A DNA stretch of 64,000 bases from a bacterium (GCA_963693055.1 OY843751.1:5280001-5344000); one strand, 5' to 3'. Shown: positions 1-10,406, counted from the first letter of the stretch. The notes: a model not told the origin generated them from the sequence alone. Made by a program: numbers and translations.

Positions 1-46
1 TGATCAGTTTTCAGCTAGATAGTAATGAAAATCTGGAGTATAGATT

Positions 47-382
47 ATGCAAACCGTGTACATGGCCAAAGACGCAAAACGATTACTTGATCAGGGTGAA
101 GAGATCATTTTACCCGTTGCGGCTACCCCAATTATTAAAGACTGGTTTTTAAAACAGGCCGGTTACGTAGATAGTGCAAAATCTGTCACACTCACTTCAA
201 CTAACGGCGTTGCCTGTGCGGCCATGACCAATACGGATGATTTGATTGAATATGCTTTAAAAAAAGGCTTGACGGCCAGACTGCACAAAGCTAAATTAAA
301 ATCTTCCAAAGATGAAAAGTATAACAAAGAGGCTTATATCCATAAAGATGTTTACTATATAAAAATTACAAAGCCGGTCTAA
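47..382 (+). CDS. hypothetical protein (111 aa)
   Basis: ORF with GGAG Shine-Dalgarno upstream, ending in a terminator hairpin; no family recognised. Confidence 0.75.
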   Translation: MQTVYMAKDAKRLLDQGEEIILPVAATPIIKDWFLKQAGYVDSAKSVTLTSTNGVACAAMTNTDDLIEYALKKGLTARLHKAKLKSSKDEKYNKEAYIHKDVYYIKITKPV

Positions 383-396
383 ACCGGCTTTTTTTA
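370..396. terminator. bidirectional intrinsic terminator
   Basis: AAAGCCGGT-CTAA-ACCGGCTTT followed by a T-run, between convergent genes. Confidence 0.75.
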
Positions 397-1422
397 TATA
401 CGCTGTCTTTTAACAGAAATAATTAACATTGTGCCCAAAAGCAGAACAAATAAAAGCGTTCCAACAATCACTCCCCGATTCACAACACGCGACTCTACCC
501 ACATTTGATAATCACTGAAAAATAACACACTATTATCCACATCCCAGGTCAACTTGCTGCCTTCTATGGTTTTGGCATTGGTATCGATAATCAGACCCGG
601 CATCACCACGATCTGGTTAAAATCCGTCAACTGTACTGCGGCCAACCATTCCAGCTCTCTCATCAATCCGGCAATAATATGATCCAGTTCATTCCTGATT
701 TGATAAACAACTCTTGTACCCAATGTTTCACTCAGGATTACCATATCCTTGTCTGTAAGTGTAGTTTGCTCGTCATCCAGAGAGATCAGTTCATCTTTAT
801 AAAATACCTGATAGAGCGCTTCTTTTTTGCTTTCCAGTAATCCCGGTGAAAAATCTGGATCCCCCAAATCCTCAACCACTTGCCTGAGCTGCCGATAAAA
901 GGACTCGAAAAAGTTGCTGGTGATCCATTCATCAAATTTATCATCCAGTTTCTTGTCTGTTTTTGTACTATCAGATGAATTGCTCAACAGTTTAATCTCT
1001 TCCGGAGTAAAATATTCTTCCTTTGTTATTAAAAAACGGGACGAAATGTTATTGTAATCCTCAGAATAACGGTAATAGGTATAAAACCAGCGAAACCGTT
1101 TTTCCAACTTTGGCATTATAGATATTTTACTGCCGTTTCCTGCTGATTTCTCAAGATCATGGGCCAATGCCTCAATCGATTTAAAATGACGGCTTGCATT
1201 ATACATTACATGATTGTTTTCACTTTTGGTATACTGTATATCCCATCCCGCTGATACTGGTAACGGATACGGGCTTTTCTCAACATCCGATGAATCCAGC
1301 ACAACCGAGCGGGTGCACGAGCCGTCTTTGTGGACTTTGGTGGTGGTCTCCACTTCGTCACATCCCGTAAAGAATATGATAACGGATAAGAAAATAAAAC
1401 TGATACCAAACATCTTTTTCAT
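394..1422 (-). CDS. putative lipoprotein with C-terminal TM anchor, third gene of ECF operon
   Basis: Lipobox FFTGC after a hydrophobic stretch; hydrophobic C-terminal helix followed by KRQR. Confidence 0.75.
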   Translation of the reverse strand: MKKMFGISFIFLSVIIFFTGCDEVETTTKVHKDGSCTRSVVLDSSDVEKSPYPLPVSAGWDIQYTKSENNHVMYNASRHFKSIEALAHDLEKSAGNGSKISIMPKLEKRFRWFYTYYRYSEDYNNISSRFLITKEEYFTPEEIKLLSNSSDSTKTDKKLDDKFDEWITSNFFESFYRQLRQVVEDLGDPDFSPGLLESKKEALYQVFYKDELISLDDEQTTLTDKDMVILSETLGTRVVYQIRNELDHIIAGLMRELEWLAAVQLTDFNQIVVMPGLIIDTNAKTIEGSKLTWDVDNSVLFFSDYQMWVESRVVNRGVIVGTLLFVLLLGTMLIISVKRQRI

Positions 1423-1438
1423 AGGGTTCTCCTGTTCC

Positions 1439-2176
1439 TTACAATGATCGTATACGGGTAAGGATATCCTTGTGTTTTCGCAACACCTGGTCCAACTCGG
1501 ACAATGACAGACTGTCTTTTGCCATCAGAGCATAGAGATCAGGATATTGCTTTTCCAAAAACTGCAGTAGAATTTCATTTTGGAGACGGGTTTGCATATA
1601 ATTCTGCATCCACAACTCCATTGTGCTTTTATCGATAACAATATATTGTTCATTCGTGTTGGTCTGCTGCCCGAATGCAGCCAGCAGTTCCGGTTTGTTC
1701 ACTAAAAGATCAAGCGCCTGACTATCAACAAGACGATTACGGGCCGTTGCATTCAAGGCCATTCGTTTTTCCAGACTAGATATGCGCAGCATTACCGAGG
1801 TTTCCTGAAACACCAGTGTCAAACAAAAGAGGATCATTATAGCCAGAGATACCGCCTGTATCCCGGGTTTAGCAAATACATCAAGAATACGGCCCCCAAA
1901 GGTGCCAGAAAGATAATCCGAATCCTTTTCTGTCATTCGTATTGTGTTAATCACACTTGCGGTTATATCCGTGTCATTTACATCCATATCCGCTTTTTTT
2001 ATCAATTCCAACACGTCTTGATGCATGAAACCAAGCTGTTGAGAAATATCGGTACATTTTGCACAGGTCAACAGGTGTTCAGCCAATTGCTGTGCCTGTG
2101 AATGTTTTAATTCCCCTTCACGGTAGAGATAGAGCCATTTTTCATATTTTTTACAATTACGCTTCATCATGTACAC
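1439..2176 (-). CDS. zf-HC2 zinc-binding transmembrane anti-sigma factor
   Basis: C...HLLTCAKC (HxxxCxxC) motif, single TM helix, overlaps the stop of the upstream ECF sigma. Confidence 0.85.
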   Translation of the reverse strand: MYMMKRNCKKYEKWLYLYREGELKHSQAQQLAEHLLTCAKCTDISQQLGFMHQDVLELIKKADMDVNDTDITASVINTIRMTEKDSDYLSGTFGGRILDVFAKPGIQAVSLAIMILFCLTLVFQETSVMLRISSLEKRMALNATARNRLVDSQALDLLVNKPELLAAFGQQTNTNEQYIVIDKSTMELWMQNYMQTRLQNEILLQFLEKQYPDLYALMAKDSLSLSELDQVLRKHKDILTRIRSL

Positions 2177-2708
2177 CTATTGCAGTTAAACGCTCCCGAA
2201 TCGTCTTCCGGGCATAATACAAATTACTTTTCACCGTACCATTGCGCATATTCAACAGCTTTGCTATCTCGGCAATATCGAGATCATCCAGATCTCGCAT
2301 GAGGAAAACCATTCGCTGTTTTGCCGGCAGTGTCTGTACGATTTGTTGAATGAATTTAAGCTTGTCCCGATTTTCTACATCTTTTTCAAGATCATTATTC
2401 GATATCTCGTTTAAAGAATCATCTATAGTTACATCCACCTTTTGTCTGCGCAATCGATCATAGCAAAGATTAATGACAATCCGGTAGAGCCAGGTGCTGA
2501 ACTTCATTTCCAGCTTGAATCGGTGCAAATGTTTCCATACCCGAATGAATGCTTCCTGCACAACATCCTGAGCGGACTCGTGGTCCATTACATAGCGATT
2601 GGCGGTACGCATGGCAAATTCCTGGTGCATATTTACCAGTTTTGCAAAAGCCTGCATATCTCCTTTGCGGGCCAAAAGGATGTATTGACTGCACTCGTCC
2701 AAATTCAA
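2157..2708 (-). CDS. ECF sigma-70 factor
   Basis: Region 2 (AQDVVQEAFIRVW...FSTWLYRIVINLCYD) and region 4 (EIAKLLNMRNGTVKSNLYYAR); start codon uncertain (TTG). Confidence 0.93.
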   Translation of the reverse strand: MNLDECSQYILLARKGDMQAFAKLVNMHQEFAMRTANRYVMDHESAQDVVQEAFIRVWKHLHRFKLEMKFSTWLYRIVINLCYDRLRRQKVDVTIDDSLNEISNNDLEKDVENRDKLKFIQQIVQTLPAKQRMVFLMRDLDDLDIAEIAKLLNMRNGTVKSNLYYARKTIRERLTAIGVHDEA

Positions 2709-2740
2709 TCCGGTTTATGTATTCATTTCTCTCTGTATAT

Positions 2741-2766
2741 GATACGCTTGAATTGAGAAAAAGTCA
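2741..2766 (-). promoter_or_regulatory. candidate ECF-type autoregulatory promoter (TGACTT...CGTATC)
   Basis: Minus strand reads TTGACTTTTTCTCAATTCAAGCGTATC directly upstream of the ECF sigma; the CGT -10 core is typical of ECF promoters. Confidence 0.4.
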
Positions 2767-2935
2767 AAAATAAAATCCCTTAATAAAAAATATCCAATCA
2801 TCTATCCTGCGTATTCCACATAAAATTATGAATTGTTCATGTTAAACACTTTGCATTCTTCAAAATCTTGACTATTTTATTCCATGATATTTTCTTAAAA
2901 ATCGCCTGCATCCTGCATTTGAAAGGGCCCCTCTT

Positions 2936-5092
2936 ATGCGTTCAACTGTAATATTTTTGCTTTTATTATTTTTAGCAACCCTGTTACTGGCCCAGGGACC
3001 GGATTATAAACTTCCCATCAAAGTCGGGGAATTCCAGCAGCAGGTACACCGACCGTTTACGACAGAACAGGGACTGCCGCACAATCACGTATCCCAAATT
3101 TCAAAAGATATGCAGGGACGAAGCCTCGCCAAAACAAAAGCGGGTTGGGCTGTTTTCGAAAATAATACCTGGAAATCGCTGTCTGAGGAGGAGGTAAACC
3201 TCCCCAGGCAAACCCAATTAAATCCCAAACAGTTAAGAACTCTGCAAAAGCAGGTAGGTATTGAATTACAAATCCGGGATGTGGCCCAAAATAAAAATGA
3301 ATTTGCAGTTGCAACAGATGCAGGACTCTATATCGGTAATAGCAATAGCTGGGAAATGGCACTAACGCGCCAAAATGATATTCGCTGGGCACCGGTTGAT
3401 GTACGTGCCGTAGTCTTTGACGCAAAAGACGAGCTCTGGTTTGCCGCACACCAGGGCGTGGGCCACAGAATCTCAAAAGACGAATGGCAGCTATTCACCG
3501 GTCAGGAGGGTCTGCCCTATAACGACTTTACCTGCATAGCGGCAGGACCGAAATGCGTGTGGTTTGGGACGACCAACGGCGCAATCCGCTATCAAGACGG
3601 AGAATGGACGTTCAGACAGGGTCGCCGCTGGCTGCTTGACAATCATGTACTTGACTTGACAATTGATGCCAACGGCGATGCCTGGATCGCAACATCTCAG
3701 GGAGTATCGTGCATTGCCAATACTCCCATGACTCTGGCACAAAAAGCCGTTTTTTTTGAAAGCGAGCTGGAAAAATATCACCGTCGTACACGGTTTGGAT
3801 ATATTAATCCTGCCAGGTTGACCGTTCCCGGTGATAAGAGTACGGCAACCCCAAAATATACGGACAATGACGGCCACTGGATTGGTACGTATCTGGCAGC
3901 CGTGAGTCTGGCATATGCGGTTACGAACGATCCGCAATACAAAGCACACGCGCACAAAGCTTTCAAGGCCCTCACTTTCCTCAGTGAGGTGACCCAGGGC
4001 GGCAGCCACCAACCACCGGAAGGTTTTTTTGCCAGGGTGATCATGCCCACATCGGGACCAGACCCGAATCCTGATTTTGACCTGAATTATGATATCCGCC
4101 GTCACAAGGCTGATACCTTGTGGAAAATCATCCAGCCGCGCTGGCCCATCGATAAAACCGGAGAATGGTATTGGAAAAATGACAGCAGCGCCGATGAACT
4201 GGATGGCCACTTTCTGGGCTATGGCGCCTATTTTGATCATGTCTGTGAAACCGAGGCGGAAAAAGATGCCGTGCGAAAAGCGGTCAGACGTACCTCCGAC
4301 CATATTTTAAATAATGGCTATAATCTGGTGGATTATGACGGTACCCCAACCCGATGGGGACGTTTTTCTCCCGATGATATGAACCGGAATTCCGCATGGG
4401 TGGTTGAACGCGGATTGCGCTGCAACAGTGTGTTAAACTATTTGCTGGTCACCTGGCATATTACCGGTGATGACAAATACCGCAAGGAATATCTCAAGCT
4501 GGCACTGGACGAAGGATATGCCATAAACGGCATGACGCAGCCACGAGACATTGTGGGTGCGGGCACGGAAGGATCGCATGACGACAAGATGGCGTTTATG
4601 AATTACTATCACCTGCTGCGGTATGAAACCGATCCCAAACTCCTCAACATGTACCAGTGGGCCATTCATCGCCATTGGGAGGTTGAACAGTATGAAAAAT
4701 CTCCCTGGGCTAATTTTATCTATGCCGCCTGTTGTATGGGTAAAAAACGTACGGACCAATGGCGCACCACAGATCTCACCCCGCCGGAATCGAGTTTGCG
4801 GGATGCCATCGATACGCTGAAACGCTATCCTCTTGATCTGCTCAACTGGCCCATGTCCAATGCTCACCGTATTGATATGGTACCGCTAAAACCGCATCTG
4901 GGACACGATCCCGGTACTGCCGGCTATCGCGTGGACGGCTATGTCTTTCCCATTGACGAAAGACATGTCATTCGCTGGGGATACGATCCCTACAAACTCA
5001 CAGGCAATGGCGACGGTAAATCCCTGCAAGAAGGTATACACTATTTATTTGCGTATTATGTAGGATTGGCGCATGGATTGATTCAGGAATAA
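2936..5092 (+). CDS. secreted protein: N-terminal regulator-type beta-propeller repeats plus C-terminal helical (alpha/alpha-toroid-like) domain
   Basis: Signal peptide; GLPHNHVSQI / GLPYNDFTCI / LLDNHVLDLTIDANGDAWIAT repeats; helical C-terminal half with acidic motifs (DNDG, SSADELDGH). Confidence 0.7.
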   Translation: MRSTVIFLLLLFLATLLLAQGPDYKLPIKVGEFQQQVHRPFTTEQGLPHNHVSQISKDMQGRSLAKTKAGWAVFENNTWKSLSEEEVNLPRQTQLNPKQLRTLQKQVGIELQIRDVAQNKNEFAVATDAGLYIGNSNSWEMALTRQNDIRWAPVDVRAVVFDAKDELWFAAHQGVGHRISKDEWQLFTGQEGLPYNDFTCIAAGPKCVWFGTTNGAIRYQDGEWTFRQGRRWLLDNHVLDLTIDANGDAWIATSQGVSCIANTPMTLAQKAVFFESELEKYHRRTRFGYINPARLTVPGDKSTATPKYTDNDGHWIGTYLAAVSLAYAVTNDPQYKAHAHKAFKALTFLSEVTQGGSHQPPEGFFARVIMPTSGPDPNPDFDLNYDIRRHKADTLWKIIQPRWPIDKTGEWYWKNDSSADELDGHFLGYGAYFDHVCETEAEKDAVRKAVRRTSDHILNNGYNLVDYDGTPTRWGRFSPDDMNRNSAWVVERGLRCNSVLNYLLVTWHITGDDKYRKEYLKLALDEGYAINGMTQPRDIVGAGTEGSHDDKMAFMNYYHLLRYETDPKLLNMYQWAIHRHWEVEQYEKSPWANFIYAACCMGKKRTDQWRTTDLTPPESSLRDAIDTLKRYPLDLLNWPMSNAHRIDMVPLKPHLGHDPGTAGYRVDGYVFPIDERHVIRWGYDPYKLTGNGDGKSLQEGIHYLFAYYVGLAHGLIQE

Positions 5093-5268
5093 CAATCGTT
5101 TACTCCCGCCCAATGTTATTGGGTGGGAGAGTTGATAAATAGCTTTGGCTTTGCATTTTTAATTGCATGGGCTGGGGCCTTGGATCAATGGATAAAAGAA
5201 TTCAACCACGAAATCAAAAAGAATACAAAGTGAGATAAAACCAGGAATTATTAAATAGTAAGAAATCA

Positions 5269-5414
5269 CCCCGTTAGGGATGTAATATTTGTAGACATGT
5301 GATGCCCCTTCCTACGCGTCCCGTAGGGACGCAATATCTGATATTTATCCCGTCCCTACGGGACGGTAATTCATACGATCGGTCTTTCTACAGATATCCT
5401 GTCCCTGACGGGAC
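5269..5414. repeat. REPIN-like tetramer of CCCGTAGGGA/TCCCTACGGG palindromes
   Basis: CCCCGTTAGGGA (5269), GCGTCCCGTAGGGACGC (5316-5332), CCGTCCCTACGGGACGG (5350-5366) and TGTCCCTGACGGGACA (5400) form one large inverted structure. Confidence 0.8.
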
Positions 5415-5629
5415 AAACAAGTCCTAACATGATTTATGTTTTCTTTCCTTTTTTTTATTCTGAATATGTATCTGTTGTTCGCAAAGTTAGAATGGATACA
5501 AAGTCTTGCTTTCCTCTGTATGCAAAGTTTATCCGCCCACTGGCGGATGACTCTGTGTTTCATCAAAATCTTTTCATGCTATAGTGTTAAAATTAACCAT
5601 AACTCAACACACAATTTCACGAATAAAAA

Positions 5630-5675
5630 CATGCCCGTCTGCAACAGGCAAACGAAATGGATTTCGTTCTACAAA
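5630..5675 (-). repeat. GTAG-tagged REP, ACGAAAT family, copy 1
   Basis: Reverse complement TTTGTAGAACGAAATCCATTTCGTTTGCCTG...; related copies at 14158-14203 and 49197-49227. Confidence 0.75.
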
Positions 5676-5749
5676 TGTGCTTATTGTCGGCCCTTCGATA
5701 CATCCCGATCCACCAGCTGGCAGACACCCAAGGACCGAATGCCTGACTA

Positions 5750-5772
5750 CTGAAAACTGATAACTGATAACT
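5750..5772. repeat. heptamer tandem repeat (CTGA(A/T)AA)n
   Basis: CTGAAAA CTGATAA CTGATAA CT; complementary array CAGTTAT CAGTATT CAGTAAT CAGT at 14038-14063. Confidence 0.6.
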
Positions 5773-5776
5773 CGAT

Positions 5777-6391
5777 TTATTTATGCTGTATTACAAAAAT
5801 CGAAAGGTCTGAAAATAAATTGGGAAAGAGATTAGAGAACACTCCGCCTTTGCGCGAACGCCCCAGATTGATCTGTTTGACAATCTTGAGATCATTTTTC
5901 TCGCACAAAGCCTTGAAATCCTTGATAGTAGTGAGGTGAATATTGGGTGTGTCGTACCATTCGTACGGCAGGGTTTTGGTTTTCGGCATGGTACCTTGCC
6001 AAAACAACTGCCAGCGCACTTTGAAATACGCAAAATTAATCAAACTGACAATGCCCGTTTGTCCTACGCGCAGCATTTCTTTGAGGATGTCATTGGGTCG
6101 CTTGACCGCCTGGATGGTTTGCGACAAAATCACATAATCGAACGAATGGTCCAGATACTCGCCCAATCCTTCATCCAAATCGCCCTGCAATACCGGCACA
6201 CCTTTTTCAACACATGCAGTGACATTTTCCACATCAATCTCGAGTCCGTGCCCCAGCACGTTTCTTTCGGTTACCAGTTGATGCAGCAAATCACCGGTCC
6301 CGCAACCCAAATCAAGCACCCGGCTGTTGCTGTTGACCAGTTCGGTGATCAGATGTAAATCCGGACGAATATGTATCAATCGTTTCGGCAA
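5777..6391 (-). CDS. metW: methionine biosynthesis protein MetW
   Basis: RPDL, VLDLGCGTG, FDYVILSQT, LPYEWYDTPNIHL motifs; directly downstream of metX. Confidence 0.93.
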   Translation of the reverse strand: MPKRLIHIRPDLHLITELVNSNSRVLDLGCGTGDLLHQLVTERNVLGHGLEIDVENVTACVEKGVPVLQGDLDEGLGEYLDHSFDYVILSQTIQAVKRPNDILKEMLRVGQTGIVSLINFAYFKVRWQLFWQGTMPKTKTLPYEWYDTPNIHLTTIKDFKALCEKNDLKIVKQINLGRSRKGGVFSNLFPNLFSDLSIFVIQHK

Positions 6392-6402
6392 ATCAATTCC
6401 TC

Positions 6403-7536
6403 TTATACATTCGCATAGTCTAAAAAACTGGATATCATTTTTTCCATAAACGAATTTGGCAATAAAAATGCGTCATGACCATATGGGGATGGGATCTCGC
6501 AAAAGGATACATGTTTTTGGTTCACTTTGAGCGCGCGTACAATATCTTTGGCCTGTTTGGTGGTGAACAACCAGTCCGATGAAAAAGACAAGACTAAAAA
6601 TTTTGCCATAACTCCCTTGAACGCATTCTCCAGGCTACCAAATTCCTGGTTCAGGTCATAATAATCAATGGCTTTGGTAATATAGAGATAGGTATTTGCA
6701 TCAAACCGCCGGATAAAGGACTCGCCCTGGTATCGCAAATAGCTTTCTACCTCAAAATCTGTTGTAAAGTCATAACCATAACGCTCTTTTTCGCGCAAGC
6801 GCCGACCGAATTTCTCGTGCATGGATTCTTCGCTGAGATAGGTTATGTGCGCAAGCATGCGCGCCACGCCCAACCCCTCTGCGGGAATGAGATCATGTTC
6901 AGAATAATCGCCTTTTTTCCAGTTGGCATCGGCGTAAATCGCCTGTCTGCCCACCTCATCAAAAGCAATACCCTGTGCGTTCAACCGGCTTGTAGTTGCA
7001 ATGGGAATGGCCGTTGAAACCATTTCCGGATATTTTATAGCCCATTCCAGCACCTGCATACCGCCCATGGATCCGCCAATGACCGCTAAAAGTTTAGAGA
7101 CGCCAAGATGCCGAATCAGCTCACGCTGCGCCCGCACCATATCGCCAATGGTCACTACCGGAAAATTGAGATTATACGGTTTATCGGTTTCGGGATTAAT
7201 TGATGTGGGGCCTGTTGAACCCTTGCACCCGCCAATGACATTTGAACAGATCATGAAATACTTTTCCGTGTCAAATGGACGTCCGGGGCCAACCATAAAA
7301 TCCCACCAGCCCGGCTTGCGGTCATCCGGTGTATAGTAACCCGCCACATGAGAATCCCCGGACAAAGCATGGGTAAGCAATATAGCATTGGTTCCCTGGT
7401 CATTCAACGTACCATAGGTTTCGTACGCAATGGTAATGGGGCCCAGGGTCTCACCACTGTCCAGCTTCATCTTGTTGGGTGGTTCCGCAAAGGTGTAATA
7501 TTGGATTTCTACAAGTCCGATTGATTTAGGATCCAT
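6403..7536 (-). CDS. metX: homoserine O-acetyltransferase
   Basis: HALSG, GGSMGG nucleophile elbow, RFDANTY, SDWLF, GHDAFL catalytic motifs. Confidence 0.95.
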   Translation of the reverse strand: MDPKSIGLVEIQYYTFAEPPNKMKLDSGETLGPITIAYETYGTLNDQGTNAILLTHALSGDSHVAGYYTPDDRKPGWWDFMVGPGRPFDTEKYFMICSNVIGGCKGSTGPTSINPETDKPYNLNFPVVTIGDMVRAQRELIRHLGVSKLLAVIGGSMGGMQVLEWAIKYPEMVSTAIPIATTSRLNAQGIAFDEVGRQAIYADANWKKGDYSEHDLIPAEGLGVARMLAHITYLSEESMHEKFGRRLREKERYGYDFTTDFEVESYLRYQGESFIRRFDANTYLYITKAIDYYDLNQEFGSLENAFKGVMAKFLVLSFSSDWLFTTKQAKDIVRALKVNQKHVSFCEIPSPYGHDAFLLPNSFMEKMISSFLDYANV

Positions 7537-7556
7537 ACGTTTTCCAAAATATGATA

Positions 7557-7583
7557 TTGAAGCGGTTTTTGCACCGCTTCAAT
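7557..7583 (-). promoter_or_regulatory. intra-operon stem-loop between cysK and metX
   Basis: Inverted repeat ATTGAAGCGGT...ACCGCTTCAAT; weak U-tract, so mRNA stabiliser or partial terminator. Confidence 0.4.
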
Positions 7584-7614
7584 ATACACAATTTAAGCAA
7601 AATGACAAACAGTT

Positions 7615-8589
7615 TTACATTCCGGTTTCGGTATTGAAGATACCTTCATACAGGATGCTTGAAAGATACCGTTCACCGCTATCCGGAAGAATAGCAACAA
7701 TGGTCTTACCGGCAAACTCATCCAGCTGGCCCAAACGCACTGCTGCTGCAACAGCCGCTCCGCAGGATATGCCGGCAAGAATACCTTCTTCTTTTGCCAG
7801 CCTGCGCGCGTATTGGATAGCATCGTCATTGCTCACCAGCTCAACCCGGTCTATCAGTGAAAGGTCCAGAATATCGGGAATGAATCCCGCGCCAATGCCC
7901 TGGATCTTGTGCGGTCCGGGAGCAATCTCCTGTTTGTTCAGGGTCTGAGAGATCACGGGACTGTCCTCAGGTTCTACCGCCACTGAACTAATGGCTTTGC
8001 CCTGTATATTTTTGAAATAGCGGGACAATCCGGTAATGGTACCGCCGGTACCCACACCCGAAACCAGAACATCGATATCCCCATCCGTGTCACTCCATAT
8101 TTCGGGACCGGTGGTCTTTTCATGCACCTCGGGATTCGCGGGATTCTTGAACTGCTGCAGCAGAACATATTTATCAGGATCGCTGGCCTGAATATCTTCG
8201 GCTTTTTCAACAGCACCTTTCATGCCTTTTGCGCCCTCGGTCAAAACCAGTTCTGCGCCTAAAGCTTTTAAGAGTTTACGTCGTTCAATGCTCATACTGT
8301 CCGGCATGGTCAATATGACTTTATATCCGCGGGCAGCACCCACATACGCAAGCGCTATACCGGTATTGCCGCTTGTGGGTTCCACAATCACACTGCCCGG
8401 CTTTAGCAGGCCTTTTTTCTCCGCATCCCAGATCATATTGGCGCCAATTCGGCACTTGACCGAGTATGCGGGATTCCGGCCCTCTATTTTTGCAAGGATG
8501 GTAGCTTTTCCACCATCCGTTATTCTGTTCAATCGGACCAGCGGGGTCCCGCCAATCGCATAGCTATTGTCGGAGAAAATTTTAGCCAT
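7615..8589 (-). CDS. cysK: cysteine synthase A
   Basis: [12 protein letters not shown] (PLP lysine), [35 protein letters not shown]. Confidence 0.97.
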   Translation of the reverse strand: MAKIFSDNSYAIGGTPLVRLNRITDGGKATILAKIEGRNPAYSVKCRIGANMIWDAEKKGLLKPGSVIVEPTSGNTGIALAYVGAARGYKVILTMPDSMSIERRKLLKALGAELVLTEGAKGMKGAVEKAEDIQASDPDKYVLLQQFKNPANPEVHEKTTGPEIWSDTDGDIDVLVSGVGTGGTITGLSRYFKNIQGKAISSVAVEPEDSPVISQTLNKQEIAPGPHKIQGIGAGFIPDILDLSLIDRVELVSNDDAIQYARRLAKEEGILAGISCGAAVAAAVRLGQLDEFAGKTIVAILPDSGERYLSSILYEGIFNTETGM

Positions 8590-8606
8590 GGTCCACCTCC
8601 ATATAT

Positions 8607-9896
8607 TTATATTGTATCCAGCGATTGCTGAATATCATTGATGATATCATTCACATTTTCAATACCCACAGACATTCTGACAAAGTCCGGAGTAATACCC
8701 AGGTCCGTCAACTGTTGTTCGGACAACTGGGAATGGGTTGTACTGGCCGGATGCAATGCCAGGCTCTTGGCATCGCCCACATTGGCAAGGTGCGAGATCA
8801 ATTCAAGATTGTTGATGAATTTTTCCGCGTCATCGCGTTTATTGTTTACACCAAATGCAATGACACTGCCGTATCCGTTCTTTAAATACTTGTTTGCTGT
8901 TGCGTGTTCAGGATCATCAGCCAAACCGGGATAGCTCACCCATGAGATCTTCGGGTTTGATTTTAAATACTCGGCTACTTTTAACGCATTTTCACAATGA
9001 CGCTGCATACGCAAGGGCAAGGTCTCAATTCCCTGTAAAAACATCCAGGCATTGTCCGGAGAAATACATGCACCCAGGTTGCGCAGAGGCACCAGACGCA
9101 ATCTCATGATAAATGCAACAGGATTAAGATCACCCAGATCATGCGCGTAACGGATACCGTGATAGCTGTCATCCGGCTCGTTATAAAACTCGAATTTCTT
9201 GTCCGTCCAGTCAAAGTTTGCACCGTCAATAACAATACCGCCAATACCGGCACCATGACCGCCCATCCATTTGGTCAATGAATGGATCACAATATTTGCA
9301 CCGTGCTCAAGAGGACGCATCAGGTACGGAGTGGCAAATGTGGAATCCACAACCAATGGCAGATGATGCTTTTGCGCGATTTTTGCAACTGCCTCCATAT
9401 CGGTAACCTGCAATTTGGGATTGCCAATGGTTTCCACATAGAGCATTTTGGTTTTTTCATTGATGGCTTTTTCGAAATTTTCAGGATCTGAAGGATCTAC
9501 CAAATGCACCTTGATGCCCTGCTGCGGCAGAATATTGTCAAACATGGTATAGGTGCCGCCGTACAAGTTGTTAGCGGATACAATCTCGTCGCCAGCCTGG
9601 CAAATATTAAGTACCGTATAATGGATTGCCGAAGTACCGGAAGCCAGCGCAAGCGCAGCTCCGCCGCCCTCAAGCTGGGCTACCCGCTGTTCAAGAATAT
9701 CCTGAGTAGGATTTCCAAGCCGGGTATAGATATTACCCATTTCCTTTAACGCAAACAGGTTGGCTGCATGTTCGGTATTTTTAAATACATATGAACTGGT
9801 TCTATATACCGGAACCCCGCGGGACAGTGTCGTAGAATCGGGGATCTGTCCGCCATGCAGGGCCAGGGTCTCAAATGCTAATTTTTTATCTGACAT
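8607..9896 (-). CDS. metY: O-acetylhomoserine sulfhydrylase (aminocarboxypropyltransferase)
   Basis: [25 protein letters not shown] (PLP lysine), [21 protein letters not shown]. Confidence 0.95.
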   Translation of the reverse strand: MSDKKLAFETLALHGGQIPDSTTLSRGVPVYRTSSYVFKNTEHAANLFALKEMGNIYTRLGNPTQDILEQRVAQLEGGGAALALASGTSAIHYTVLNICQAGDEIVSANNLYGGTYTMFDNILPQQGIKVHLVDPSDPENFEKAINEKTKMLYVETIGNPKLQVTDMEAVAKIAQKHHLPLVVDSTFATPYLMRPLEHGANIVIHSLTKWMGGHGAGIGGIVIDGANFDWTDKKFEFYNEPDDSYHGIRYAHDLGDLNPVAFIMRLRLVPLRNLGACISPDNAWMFLQGIETLPLRMQRHCENALKVAEYLKSNPKISWVSYPGLADDPEHATANKYLKNGYGSVIAFGVNNKRDDAEKFINNLELISHLANVGDAKSLALHPASTTHSQLSEQQLTDLGITPDFVRMSVGIENVNDIINDIQQSLDTI

Positions 9897-9923
9897 AGTG
9901 GTGCTCCTTTACTTGATCAATGG

Positions 9924-10367
9924 TTATATATAATAAATAAATTCCTGATTTTGCTGTTTCAGTTCGTTGACCCTGCGCATGATAGCGGCAAAAGTGATCG
10001 CATCCACAATTTCTGCCGTGGCTTTGTTCACATCTTGCCAAATCTCCTTTAACGCCTGGTTGGTATGCGCATCTCCATTGCCCTTCATATCGCTGCTGGT
10101 ATCAAGCGGCCCCTCAATGGTCCGAACTACATCACCAAGGATAATAGATTCCGGTGAACGGCCCAACATAAAGCCTCCGCCAATACCGCGTCTGCTTTCC
10201 ACATACCCCGCCTTTTTTAAAATCAGCATGATCTGCTCCAGATATTTCAACGGTATACTTTGCCGCTTGGAAATATCCGTCAATGGAACAATCTCACTGC
10301 CGGTATAGCGAAAAGACAGATCCAACAGGGCCTTGATGGCATATTCACTCTTGAATGTGATTTTCAT
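9924..10367 (-). CDS. cymR: Rrf2-family regulator, CymR-like (no Fe-S cysteines)
   Basis: MKITFKSEYA, YLEQI, SRRGIGGGF; no Cys; C-terminal FIYYI; GGAG SD before ATG at 10367; heads a Cys/Met operon. Confidence 0.8.
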   Translation of the reverse strand: MKITFKSEYAIKALLDLSFRYTGSEIVPLTDISKRQSIPLKYLEQIMLILKKAGYVESRRGIGGGFMLGRSPESIILGDVVRTIEGPLDTSSDMKGNGDAHTNQALKEIWQDVNKATAEIVDAITFAAIMRRVNELKQQNQEFIYYI

Positions 10368-10406
10368 TAGTTCTCCAAATACGATAAATACTATAGTAAT
10401 AGTCAT

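Noticed and set aside
5345-5753. Short ORFs 5345-5566 and 5436-5753
   Set aside because: They are made of repeat-derived sequence with no SD or protein-like features
6403-7536. MetX as a serine O-acyltransferase replacing the absent cysE
   Set aside because: The HALSG/GGSMGG motifs and metW adjacency fit the homoserine enzyme; cysE may lie elsewhere
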